DNA of 47,763 bases, taken from a virus (Duplodnaviria; Caudoviricetes). Each line of letters starts with the position of its first letter. Within the stretch, counting starts at the first letter, position 1. Where the stretch lies: the IMG/VR virus record IMGVR_UViG_3300034088_000016, positions 1-47,763 of that record. One strand, written 5' to 3'. Under the pieces are notes generated by a model. It made no database searches. It saw only the letters and a list, made by a program, of their open reading frames with translations, and was not told the origin of the DNA. The translations under genes and the position numbers were made by a program. Shown here piece after piece: positions 16,426-24,473 of the stretch.

Positions 16426-16623
16426 ATGGCACTCCCCTACGAAGCCGCGCTCGCCAAGCTTGAGGGCTATTGCGAGGAGTTCGGGCGCGCCCTCTACGGC
16501 CCGCGGCAGGAGCATTCTGAGGCCGTGCGCATTTCGCTGCGGGAGCGCCGTGACTACTGGCATTCCATCGGCTCACGGATTCGCAGGCGGATGGCGCGTG
16601 AGTCGGCGCGCGACCGTGAATAA
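16426..16623 (+). CDS. Hypothetical protein (65 aa)
   Basis: ATG directly after previous stop. Confidence 0.55.
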   Translation: MALPYEAALAKLEGYCEEFGRALYGPRQEHSEAVRISLRERRDYWHSIGSRIRRRMARESARDRE

Positions 16624-16637
16624 CGAGTTGTGTCTTA
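16610..16637 (+). promoter_or_regulatory. Early-gene motif copy 7
   Basis: GCGAC-N14-TGTGTCTTA then GGAGG RBS. Confidence 0.8.
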
Positions 16638-16661
16638 TAGGTATAAGGGAGGCATCACACC

Positions 16662-16907
16662 ATGCAAGCCATCGTCACGAGGTACCTCTGCCCCACCAAC
16701 CATCACGGCAGCCGTATCAGCGTGAGCTGCGACGCCGGCCAGCGCGTCTATCCGTGGGATCAGGCGCTCGACGTGGAGGCAAACCACGCCGCAGCGGCCG
16801 AGCGGTTGGCGCGTGAGCTGGGATGGCTCGATGGCCGCAGGCTGGTGGGCGGCTCTCTGCCGAAGGGCGCTTCTCACGCCTACGCATTCGTGCTGGTGAA
16901 GCACTAG
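16662..16907 (+). CDS. Hypothetical phage protein (81 aa)
   Basis: MQAIVTRYLCPTNHHGSRI..NHAAAA..L...LGW; strong RBS. Confidence 0.8.
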   Translation: MQAIVTRYLCPTNHHGSRISVSCDAGQRVYPWDQALDVEANHAAAAERLARELGWLDGRRLVGGSLPKGASHAYAFVLVKH

Positions 16908-16932
16908 CGTGCGACCTGAACCGGAGGAAGTC

Positions 16933-17181
16933 ATGGCGATCAAGACCATCGAGTACACGAACTACCAGAGCGGGCGGGCGGAGCAGATCGCGGTGACCAT
17001 CGGCCGTGGGAGCGTCACGCTGGAGTCGATGCCGGTCGGCTACCCCTCGGCGGACGCGCGGGCGTGGGCGGAGGTGCAGGAGCAGTACCGGGCCATCGCG
17101 CGGGCCGTTGCTGCGGAGCAGGGGCGGCGGTCAGTGGAGGTGTACGACTCGGACTGCCAGATCGACGTGGTGGAGGCGTAG
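16933..17181 (+). CDS. Hypothetical protein (82 aa)
   Basis: GGAGG RBS, ATG 16933. Confidence 0.7.
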   Translation: MAIKTIEYTNYQSGRAEQIAVTIGRGSVTLESMPVGYPSADARAWAEVQEQYRAIARAVAAEQGRRSVEVYDSDCQIDVVEA

Positions 17182-17280
17182 CGGTAGCGGTCCACTTCCT
17201 TACGCAGGGCGGGTGGGTCGGAGAACGACCGGGCGGCGCTGGCGATGCGGCTGGAGGCGGCGGCGCTGCGGCGGTCGCGG

Positions 17281-17589
17281 GTGGTTGGTCCCCGGTGTCA
17301 TGGGAGCAATGGAGGATGCGGCTTCGTAGGACCGGCCTGAGGCGCCGGGGCGGCCACGCAGGCTTCCGCATCCGACCTCCCGCCCGCCCCGAGCGGTTCA
17401 TCGGGGCCTCGATTCTCTCCGCGGCATGGAGTCGCGGGGTGAACAGGGAGAAGCCGAGGGTTGCCCTCCGGGCCAGGTGCGCGAGGTGATGTGCTCGGAT
17501 GGACGGGAGGTCGCGGTCGGCATCTGCACGCGGCCGGGGTAGGCATGTGGTTGCCGGGACGGTCCGAGGTGGTGCTCTCGGACTGCCCC
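17281..17589. ncRNA. Candidate structured non-coding element
   Basis: Gene-free gap with several long complementary segments (see findings). Confidence 0.4.
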
Positions 17590-17612
17590 TGAAGTCACAT
17601 GAGGAGATAGAC

Positions 17613-17852
17613 ATGGACATCATGATTACGATTCCGGCTGAACTCGTCGCGGCGGTGGACAACTATCTCGACACCGACTGGGAGGATGGCCGCGACCCCA
17701 CTAAGCTCGGCGCGCTCAACGCCGTGGCGTACATCGGGGAGCGCATCGCGGCCATCCGAGCGGCGCACCGTCGGGCGGTGGCAAATCTCGCCAAGGCGGG
17801 CGGCAAGCCCCAGGTCCCCGTAGACGCGCAGTGCACCAAGGGCCAGTTCTAG
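17613..17852 (+). CDS. Hypothetical protein (79 aa)
   Basis: GAGGAG RBS, ATG 17613. Confidence 0.7.
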   Translation: MDIMITIPAELVAAVDNYLDTDWEDGRDPTKLGALNAVAYIGERIAAIRAAHRRAVANLAKAGGKPQVPVDAQCTKGQF

Positions 17853-17856
17853 CAAC

Positions 17857-17884
17857 GCGACCCCAATTCACTAGATGTGTCTTA
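17857..17884 (+). promoter_or_regulatory. Early-gene motif copy 8
   Basis: GCGAC-N14-TGTGTCTTA then AGGAGG RBS. Confidence 0.8.
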
Positions 17885-17903
17885 TAGGCACATAGGAGGC
17901 AAC

Positions 17904-18605
17904 ATGAGCTTTCTGGACGCAGTTGATGATGGCTTCAATGACCTGCCCAAGCCCAAGCCTGGGCGCCACCAGCTCACCCCCGAAGAGCGCGCCCGAGGCC
18001 ACAAGCTCACCAAGGCCGACCGCATCAAGGGCGGGCGCAACGTGCCCCGGGCCAAGCGTGCCGCCGCCGCGCTCAAGTACCCGGCCCACATCGAGCGCCT
18101 GGTGGAGATGGGCGCCAAGTACCGGCTCACCTCGGAGCGCGCCCGCGAGCTGGCAAAGCTGAGTGCCCAGGTCCGTAGGGAGCAGCGTGCCCAAGCGCTG
18201 GTGACGCTGGCGCTCGACAAGCCTCTCGGGCCGGGAACCTTCGATGATCCTCTCTGGGATCTACCCGCGAAGCGGGAGATGGAGCCCAACAGCAAGCCCG
18301 CATTCCCCCCAGGTACCACTATCGGCTACCGCGTCGAGAGCGAGTTCCCCACGCCCGTCGAGCTGTACCCGGGCCATGAGGAGCACGACCCCGACCTGAT
18401 GGGTCCCCCTCCCCCCGACCCCTTCACCCTCTCCGCCCTCAAGCGCTTCCTGCCCGGCCCTCGCTCCCCTCTCTCGCTCACGCGCTCCCAGCGCGCCCAC
18501 GTCGACATCATGGTGGCTGGGGGGTGGCTTGAGGTGACGGGTGATTCCATGTTGCGCCTCACTGCGAAGGGGCGCGCGGCGGTTGAGGGGAGCGAGGAGC
18601 CGTGA
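17904..18605 (+). CDS. Hypothetical protein, basic N-terminus and winged-helix-like C-terminus
   Basis: Duplicated H(Q/K)LT..R..G segment; GWLEV....RLTAKG ending. Confidence 0.7.
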   Translation: MSFLDAVDDGFNDLPKPKPGRHQLTPEERARGHKLTKADRIKGGRNVPRAKRAAAALKYPAHIERLVEMGAKYRLTSERARELAKLSAQVRREQRAQALVTLALDKPLGPGTFDDPLWDLPAKREMEPNSKPAFPPGTTIGYRVESEFPTPVELYPGHEEHDPDLMGPPPPDPFTLSALKRFLPGPRSPLSLTRSQRAHVDIMVAGGWLEVTGDSMLRLTAKGRAAVEGSEEP

Positions 18606-18838
18606 CCATTCATTCGGCATGGTGTCTCCTCGGCCTCCTGGCCGGGGCGTGTGTGAGCTGGCGAATCTGGAAGGGGGAACGCCCTCGCCACATGCGCATC
18701 CCTCCGGAGGCTCTCTATACCGGCCCAGTCAGCGACGAGACGCTCGTGATCACCACTACTGGACCCCTATGTAGGTGTGATGAGAGCCCCTATCTCTGCG
18801 ACCTTCACCCAGCCACCGAGGATGATGAACGTAGCTGA
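18602..18838 (+). CDS. Small membrane-anchored protein
   Basis: N-terminal hydrophobic helix; GTGA coupling. Confidence 0.55.
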   Translation: MTIHSAWCLLGLLAGACVSWRIWKGERPRHMRIPPEALYTGPVSDETLVITTTGPLCRCDESPYLCDLHPATEDDERS

Positions 18839-18853
18839 TTACCTATCCCCTAC

Positions 18854-18883
18854 TTGACAACCCAGGACACCAGGCGCTAGAAG
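18854..18883 (+). promoter_or_regulatory. Sigma70-type promoter
   Basis: TTGACA-N18-TAGAAG followed by conserved leader hairpin. Confidence 0.6.
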
Positions 18884-18962
18884 TCATCTCGGGACCCGCC
18901 CCCGGCACGGTGGTGCGGAGGCTCCCAGGCATTCCAGATGCCTCAACCGGAGGAACGCAACG

Positions 18963-19241
18963 ATGGCCAAGCAGATCGACCTACAGGCGCAGAACGCGGT
19001 GGCTGTGCGCACCGATGTGAAGGACCGCAGGACCAGTGCCAACGGCAAGAGCGCGCCCAGCACCTTCGAAGCCTGGAGCATCCACATGCGAGCGCTGACC
19101 GAGAAGAACGAGGTCATACTCGGCAAGAAGCTGGGAAGCACGACGCTGCGACGCCAGGCGGGCAAGTGGTCTGCCATCGTCGGGGGCTTGGGAGGCAGCT
19201 ATCTTGGCGAGGTGGCGCGGCTGTTGGCGACGCTCCGGTAG
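18963..19241 (+). CDS. Hypothetical protein (92 aa)
   Basis: GGAGG RBS. Confidence 0.75.
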   Translation: MAKQIDLQAQNAVAVRTDVKDRRTSANGKSAPSTFEAWSIHMRALTEKNEVILGKKLGSTTLRRQAGKWSAIVGGLGGSYLGEVARLLATLR

Positions 19242-19418
19242 CTTCGAACGCGAGGGAAAGGAGACCCATATGGGCAACTAGGCGCGAAGAGCGCAGGCTG
19301 TAGTGGAGAGCGCGAGAAGAGAGGGCGAGTTACCTCTCTCAACTGTCGGCCGCAGAGTGGCCAATCCCCCGCGTCTCCAGCGGTGAAGGAGAGCCCGGCT
19401 CAATGGGCTGGGCGTTAC

Positions 19419-19498
19419 GGTTGGGTGGCGGAACTGGTAGACGCGCCTGCCAAAAGTGGGTGCCGTGAGGCATGCAGGTTCGAATCCTGCCCCAACCA
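19419..19498 (+). tRNA. tRNA-Leu-like type II tRNA with shortened 5-nt anticodon loop (CAAAA)
   Basis: Acceptor GGTTGGG/CCCAACC+A, D arm TGGCGGAACTGGTAGACGC, variable arm TGCC-GTGA-GGCA, T arm GCAGG-TTCGAAT-CCTGC. Confidence 0.85.
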
Positions 19499-19509
19499 TT
19501 GGAGGCGCA

Positions 19510-19716
19510 ATGAAGGTCAAAGAACTCATCATCAAGCTGCAAGCCCTCAACCCGGAGGCGGAGGTGCATATCTACTCGGGCGGCTGGGAGTCAGAGCCTG
19601 GGGAGCTGGAAGCCATCTACGCGGCCAAGCCGAATAGCTGGGGCGACGTGAATAGCGAGAACCCACACCGCAACCCCACCAAGGATGACCTCTTCATCAT
19701 GCTGGAATGTACATGA
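19510..19716 (+). CDS. Hypothetical phage protein (68 aa)
   Basis: GGAGG RBS; MKVKELIIKLQALNPEAEV. Confidence 0.75.
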   Translation: MKVKELIIKLQALNPEAEVHIYSGGWESEPGELEAIYAAKPNSWGDVNSENPHRNPTKDDLFIMLECT

Positions 19717-20135
19717 CCTCTCGCCTCCTCCGCATCAAGATGGCAGTGGCTGGGGTGCTCGGCACGACGTGCGCACTATGCAAGTGGCCAGGGGTCTGGA
19801 AGCACGAAACAAAGGTAGGATCCCTAGAGGCCCAAGCCAATAAGGGCCAGTTTCTACAAGTCGGCCACCCCAACGGCCGCAAGTGGTCCATCCGTGCGGT
19901 CAATCAAATCACCCGATGGCGCCGCTACCTCAAGGAAGCCATTGCTGGGAAGGTGCAGGCCGAGTGTGGCCCCTGCAACCGGAAGCATGGCGGCGGGTTG
20001 AGGTATCCCAAGAAGGACAAGACGCGGCAGGGTGCCCCCAAGAGACGCATGGGGACCGAGAGCAATCCATGGCCCATCCGCCAGACCGCACACACTTGCT
20101 GGTGTGGCGACATCGATTGTCGGGACCATACGTGA
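19713..20135 (+). CDS. HNH endonuclease-like protein
   Basis: CALC..LQVGH..QAECGPCNRKH. Confidence 0.55.
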   Translation: MTSRLLRIKMAVAGVLGTTCALCKWPGVWKHETKVGSLEAQANKGQFLQVGHPNGRKWSIRAVNQITRWRRYLKEAIAGKVQAECGPCNRKHGGGLRYPKKDKTRQGAPKRRMGTESNPWPIRQTAHTCWCGDIDCRDHT

Positions 20136-20656
20136 GCACCCCCCAGCACATCTGCCCCAAGTGCCGTAAGCCTCAAGGGCCTGACGCATTCATCAACGAG
20201 AAGGGGAAGCCTACCAAGTGGTGTTTTTGGTGTCGCACCAGTTATCGAGATAAGCTCACCTCTCTCCACCAGCGCGACGCCACCAAGCCCAAGCGCGAAG
20301 AGGCTCTGGTGCTCGCCACCATCGCCAGGCTTGAGGGCTACGCTGACCATCCCCTCGCCCACCTCCTCGCCCTCTCCCACATCGCCGGGGCGAAGCGGGC
20401 GCTGGCCATTAGGGACGGCAAAAGCTGGCGGGGGAAGAAGGCGTGGCGCGCGTACTACGAGACGAAGAGGGCACTCGATACGAGCTTGGAAGCCTATGGT
20501 ATCGAGCGTTGGCGTAAGGTGTGGGGTGATTTGATTGCGCTCTCACGCGACCCCAATCCGCCGCGCTGCCAGCCCGTATGGGGCTCCTGTGCGCTGCCTA
20601 CCGGCCATATTGGCCCCCATGCTCAACGCGACCCCAAATCCGGAGATGTGTCTTAA
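20132..20656 (+). CDS. Zinc-finger protein
   Basis: CPKC...F....WCFWCR; GTGA coupling. Confidence 0.65.
   Translation: MSTPQHICPKCRKPQGPDAFINEKGKPTKWCFWCRTSYRDKLTSLHQRDATKPKREEALVLATIARLEGYADHPLAHLLALSHIAGAKRALAIRDGKSWRGKKAWRAYYETKRALDTSLEAYGIERWRKVWGDLIALSRDPNPPRCQPVWGSCALPTGHIGPHAQRDPKSGDVS
20628..20655 (+). promoter_or_regulatory. Early-gene motif copy 9
   Basis: GCGAC-N14-TGTGTCTTA. Confidence 0.8.
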
Positions 20657-20675
20657 GGAGTAGGGAGATTGAACG

Positions 20676-20960
20676 ATGAGCTACGAAGCGTCAGCAGGAC
20701 ACGACAAGGGATGTGCCAACTATGGGGACCGGCACGAGAGTGGGTGCTGTGCCGGCACCACGCCAACGATCGAGAAGGCCCCCATCGCCACCATCGACCT
20801 GACCCCGAGCTGGGTGGCAGTGGTGCGCATCTACTTGGAGATGCTTGAGGAGCTGCCCAAGGGCTACGAGGACAAGGACCGCAAGCGTGCCGGCATGAAG
20901 GACGAGATTCTCCGATGCGCTGCGCTGGCCGACCTGTACGTGAAGGAGCACAAGCGGTGA
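20676..20960 (+). CDS. Hypothetical protein (94 aa)
   Basis: GGAG RBS after motif copy 9. Confidence 0.7.
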   Translation: MSYEASAGHDKGCANYGDRHESGCCAGTTPTIEKAPIATIDLTPSWVAVVRIYLEMLEELPKGYEDKDRKRAGMKDEILRCAALADLYVKEHKR

Positions 20961-21154
20961 GCCAAGACCCCAAGAAGGTGCCAACGTGGCGAGTGAGCTG
21001 GACGGAGCGCGGCTCCATGAAGGCCCAGGATGGACAGCGCGACGTGGTGGCCTCCAATGTCGTGGAAGCGCTGGAAGAGTGCCAGCCGTTGCCTCTCGAT
21101 GCTCAGCGTGTGATGATCAGCATCTTGAGCGTCCCGGAAGGATGGGAATGGTGA
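20957..21154 (+). CDS. Hypothetical protein (65 aa)
   Basis: GTGA coupling. Confidence 0.6.
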   Translation: MSQDPKKVPTWRVSWTERGSMKAQDGQRDVVASNVVEALEECQPLPLDAQRVMISILSVPEGWEW

Positions 21155-21819
21155 TGGACCCCGCCGACTTCGCCAGATGCAATGGGCAGGACTGCGTGAG
21201 CCAAGCTGGAGGGCACCATCCCGAATCCTGCGTCGTTCGGGACGGCGAGGGGATTGCTGTGGATCACGACTCCGCCCGATGCGTCTGCAATGACCCCGAC
21301 TTCGCCAGCCTGCTGGAGAGGGAGCCCCGTCCCACCACCAATACGAAGCTCCGCTCTATCGAGAGGCAGGCCAAGTACCTACTTCGCGTAGACAGAGCCC
21401 GAAAGAGCCGAGCGGCCAAATACCAGCCCCCAGCGCCTCCAGCCGAGAAGTCCGAGTGGATGCATGACGGCTTCGGGCATGTGAACAACAGGTTCGGTCC
21501 GCATGTGAGGATTGCCGCCGTGGGAGACCCCAAGAACGCAAGCTTGATTGCCGATGCTCCCAAGACCAAACGTGCGCTGGATTCGGCTTCAGAGCGCATC
21601 CAGTCCCTGGAGGACGTGCTGGTAGCGATCAGGGCAGGCATCGTCACCATCCAGTGCCACACAGTGGGGGCCTTCACTGAGGAGGTGCGCAGTCGCCAGG
21701 CTGCTCTCACCCACATCGTGGCCCTGATCAATGAGACCCTGGACCCCTGCAAGCCCTGGTGCGTGCTGGAGCCCGGCCACCACGGCGCATGCGAGCCCCA
21801 CGAGCTGGAGCGCGACTAA
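21154..21819 (+). CDS. Hypothetical Cys/His-containing protein (221 aa)
   Basis: TGATG coupling. Confidence 0.65.
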   Translation: MDPADFARCNGQDCVSQAGGHHPESCVVRDGEGIAVDHDSARCVCNDPDFASLLEREPRPTTNTKLRSIERQAKYLLRVDRARKSRAAKYQPPAPPAEKSEWMHDGFGHVNNRFGPHVRIAAVGDPKNASLIADAPKTKRALDSASERIQSLEDVLVAIRAGIVTIQCHTVGAFTEEVRSRQAALTHIVALINETLDPCKPWCVLEPGHHGACEPHELERD

Positions 21820-21839
21820 AATCCGGATGGCGTGTCTTA
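21812..21839 (+). promoter_or_regulatory. Early-gene motif copy 10
   Basis: GCGAC-N14-CGTGTCTTA. Confidence 0.8.
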
Positions 21840-21871
21840 CTAGCAACGGGAGTTCTCTGGAGGGTTGAGCG

Positions 21872-22045
21872 ATGGCGCTTGAGCGGCAGAAGCTGTTCCA
21901 GATTGCGGAGAAGACGGAGCGCCGGCTCGCCTCGGAGGTTCTCCGCATCGACCGGGAGATCGAGCGACTCCGGCAGGAACGCGTGAACATCGCGGATCTT
22001 CAGCTCAAGGCTCGCCGCATGATGGATGACTTGGAGGCGCCATGA
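21872..22045 (+). CDS. Small coiled-coil protein (57 aa)
   Basis: GGAGG RBS; MALERQKLFQIAEKTERRL...; not in ORF track. Confidence 0.7.
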   Translation: MALERQKLFQIAEKTERRLASEVLRIDREIERLRQERVNIADLQLKARRMMDDLEAP

Positions 22046-22695
22046 CCACTGACTCCGAAGCATGGCCGCAGCCCCTCACGCCGGAGCAGGCATACCTCGC
22101 GGTGTTGACGAGGCGCCTAGCGGCCGGATGGGGAACGGATAGCGCCGATGCGCAGGCGGGCGCAGTACTGACCCTCTACCGCGAGCGGCAGAAGCGGGGA
22201 GACTTCGGGGCGCCCGGTAAGTCAAGCCCTCCACCCGGCCCCTCCCGACTCGACGCCATGGAGGCGCCACCACTCTCCAAGATGAACGCAGGCGAGCCAA
22301 ACGTCAGAGCGATCTCGGGGTACTGGGCGCGTCGAGCCGGCATCGCAGAGCGGGAGCGCGACAACCTCCAGAGCCTCCTGAATGCAGAGCGGGTGAAGCG
22401 AGAGCAGGCGGAGGCGCGAGCGGAGGCGCTCTCACGGGACGCCGGAAACTATCAGGCGCAGCGCGATGAGCAACGCACCCGAGCGGAGGCGGCGGAGAAG
22501 GCTGCGGCCGGCGAGTTCAAGCGCGCAACGGAGGCCGAAAAGGCGCTCGTGGGTGTCGGGGCCCTCCTCAAGGAGGCGCTGGGGCATCTTCAGCTGGTGC
22601 GGAAATTCCCCGACTACGCCACGGGCGACGCTACGCGGGACCTGCTGGAGAGGGCCCACGCCGCAGGCTACGTCCCGGAGGGGGAGACGCCGTGA
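22042..22695 (+). CDS. Coiled-coil hypothetical protein (217 aa)
   Basis: ATGA coupling; RAEA repeats. Confidence 0.7.
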   Translation: MTTDSEAWPQPLTPEQAYLAVLTRRLAAGWGTDSADAQAGAVLTLYRERQKRGDFGAPGKSSPPPGPSRLDAMEAPPLSKMNAGEPNVRAISGYWARRAGIAERERDNLQSLLNAERVKREQAEARAEALSRDAGNYQAQRDEQRTRAEAAEKAAAGEFKRATEAEKALVGVGALLKEALGHLQLVRKFPDYATGDATRDLLERAHAAGYVPEGETP

Positions 22696-22880
22696 GTAAG
22701 CCGCTTCGCCACCGTTGGACTCGTGACCCCGGCGCGCACTACTCCAAGTGCCGGAGATGCTCGGCGCGCTCCACCATGTGCGGCACGCCGGGCCGGTTGG
22801 TGCGGATGTACTTCGAGCCGATCCGGAGCATCCTCCGGAAGTTGCCGGGACCCTGCATTGGAGCCGAGGTGCAGCCATGA
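22692..22880 (+). CDS. Small zinc-binding protein (62 aa)
   Basis: HRW..CRRC; coupled on both sides. Confidence 0.55.
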   Translation: MSKPLRHRWTRDPGAHYSKCRRCSARSTMCGTPGRLVRMYFEPIRSILRKLPGPCIGAEVQP

Positions 22881-23269
22881 GCCGAGAGGTGGAAGTTCTA
22901 CGGCAGGTGCGCACGGTCACGCGCGGAGTTGCACAGGCAGTCTGGGAGCGAATCGGCGATGACGCTCCCCCACAAGAGGAGATCGAGTCAGCCCTCTCCG
23001 CCGCCATCTCGGCACTGGAGGAGAAGGAGGCGCGCACCGAGACGTGGGGCGATACGGTCATCGTTGGACGCGATGGCGCCCCGGCCGGTTTGAGCCCAAC
23101 GACCGCGCCATCGAAGCCCTCCTCCGACTCCATGGAGGAGAGATTCCCGGAGCCAGTCGATCTCATGGAAGCGCTGAAACGAAGCCTCTACCCCCACAAG
23201 TCCTGGTGCCGTGGAGACCACTCGGAGGGGGCGTGCATCAGCGACCCTAGCGAGGTAGATCATGGCTGA
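22877..23269 (+). CDS. Hypothetical protein with Ku-C-terminus-like motif (130 aa)
   Basis: GAGG RBS, ATGA coupling; EPVDLMEALKRSL. Confidence 0.65.
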   Translation: MSREVEVLRQVRTVTRGVAQAVWERIGDDAPPQEEIESALSAAISALEEKEARTETWGDTVIVGRDGAPAGLSPTTAPSKPSSDSMEERFPEPVDLMEALKRSLYPHKSWCRGDHSEGACISDPSEVDHG

Positions 23270-23693
23270 TTGCGTGTGTCACATGGGGGTGTTCTGTGCA
23301 GCCCACCCGGAGAAGTCGGCGCGCTACCAACTGGAGGCAGACCTGCGCTCCAGCATGCTCGAGCGGTTCGAGTGCGGCGTCGCGGCGTCGCTCCTGGCGT
23401 TCGACGCAGTGGCCACCGAGCACGCCCGCGCCGACCACTGGGTAGAGGAGGGTGGGAAGCTCGCAGACGCCCTCGCCGCCAAGGACGCTGTGATTGCGGA
23501 GTTGACCGGCCTGCACAACGAGGATGCGCGCCGTCTTGGGGAGTTGGGGACGGACGCAATGGCGCGAGCGGTTGAGATTGCGGCACTCCGCCAGCGGGTG
23601 GAGGAGCTGGAGAGGCGCATCGAGCCGAAGCCGAGGGAGCCGTTCGAGCCCCTAGGCATCGCGTCATTGACGGATGGAGGCATCGATGACTAG
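23262..23693 (+). CDS. Coiled-coil hypothetical protein (143 aa)
   Basis: GAGG RBS; overlaps neighbours. Confidence 0.65.
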   Translation: MADCVCHMGVFCAAHPEKSARYQLEADLRSSMLERFECGVAASLLAFDAVATEHARADHWVEEGGKLADALAAKDAVIAELTGLHNEDARRLGELGTDAMARAVEIAALRQRVEELERRIEPKPREPFEPLGIASLTDGGIDD

Positions 23694-24096
23694 CGACTAC
23701 AAGCCCATCACCGAGGAGGAGCTGAAGGAGATGGATAAGGCAGCCACGTTCGTGATGGGCTACGCGCCCAACGGCGTGGCTCGCGACTGGTTACGTCTCA
23801 TCTCCGAAGTTCGCAGGCTCCGAAGCGCGCTAGAGCTGTACGCCACTCCCAGCCAGTGGGCTGTTGCTTGGAGCTACCGGGGGCGCACATTCACCAATGT
23901 CCTCTTCGCGCCGGATAGGCTGGATCTCCGAAATGGCGAGGGCTACCTATTGGCCCGCGACGCACTCGGTTGGGGCCCTCCTATCAAGCCCTGCGACAAC
24001 CCGAGCTGTGATGGCGTCAAGGACGACAAAACCTTCGGTGATGCACATCGCTGTTTCAAGGATGGCCGGTGGCTGGATGACGGGAGCGAGATGTGA
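23686..24096 (+). CDS. Hypothetical protein (136 aa)
   Basis: GGAGG RBS; ITEEELKEM..LISEVRRLR. Confidence 0.7.
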   Translation: MTSDYKPITEEELKEMDKAATFVMGYAPNGVARDWLRLISEVRRLRSALELYATPSQWAVAWSYRGRTFTNVLFAPDRLDLRNGEGYLLARDALGWGPPIKPCDNPSCDGVKDDKTFGDAHRCFKDGRWLDDGSEM

Positions 24097-24473
24097 CCTG
24101 TAAGCTCTGCCAAGAAAATCCCATTGTTACCAACGTGGGTGGCTGGCCCATAGCGAACCGGCCACCGAGGAAATGTGCTTTCCGAGATGGTGTCTTCAAT
24201 CCGGCTAACTGGAATTGCGGTACTCTCATCACCCTCCGTGCCGACAATGGAGACGAGTGGGCATTCAGCAAGAAGCCTGGCTACGCCCACGGCGAGGATC
24301 AGAGCTGCTACACTAAGCACGTCGGCCATGGATTCTTTCTCGTACTGGGTTGGTACAAGGACAGAGGACGCACCGAGTATGCCGGCATCTTGGATGGGGA
24401 GAAGATGCAGCCTCTCCGATTAGACCAGGCCGAGGCGATTCTTGCTGGGCGCTCTCTGGCGGAACTCCAATGA
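24093..24473 (+). CDS. Hypothetical phage protein (126 aa)
   Basis: CAF..G.F...NWNCGTL and WYKDRGRT motifs. Confidence 0.7.
   Translation: MTCKLCQENPIVTNVGGWPIANRPPRKCAFRDGVFNPANWNCGTLITLRADNGDEWAFSKKPGYAHGEDQSCYTKHVGHGFFLVLGWYKDRGRTEYAGILDGEKMQPLRLDQAEAILAGRSLAELQ

Noticed and set aside
17006-17662. ORF-track proteins spanning the 17182-17600 gap
   Set aside because: Low-complexity Arg/Pro/Gly translations without RBS or coupling; treated as non-coding
19419-19498. tRNA as attachment site of an integrated prophage
   Set aside because: No duplicated tRNA 3' end, no integrase and no flanking host genes
12463-21839. CRISPR array or integron attC cassettes for the 28-nt motif
   Set aside because: Copies are hundreds to thousands of nt apart, on both strands, not palindromic, with a variable core; no cas or integrase genes
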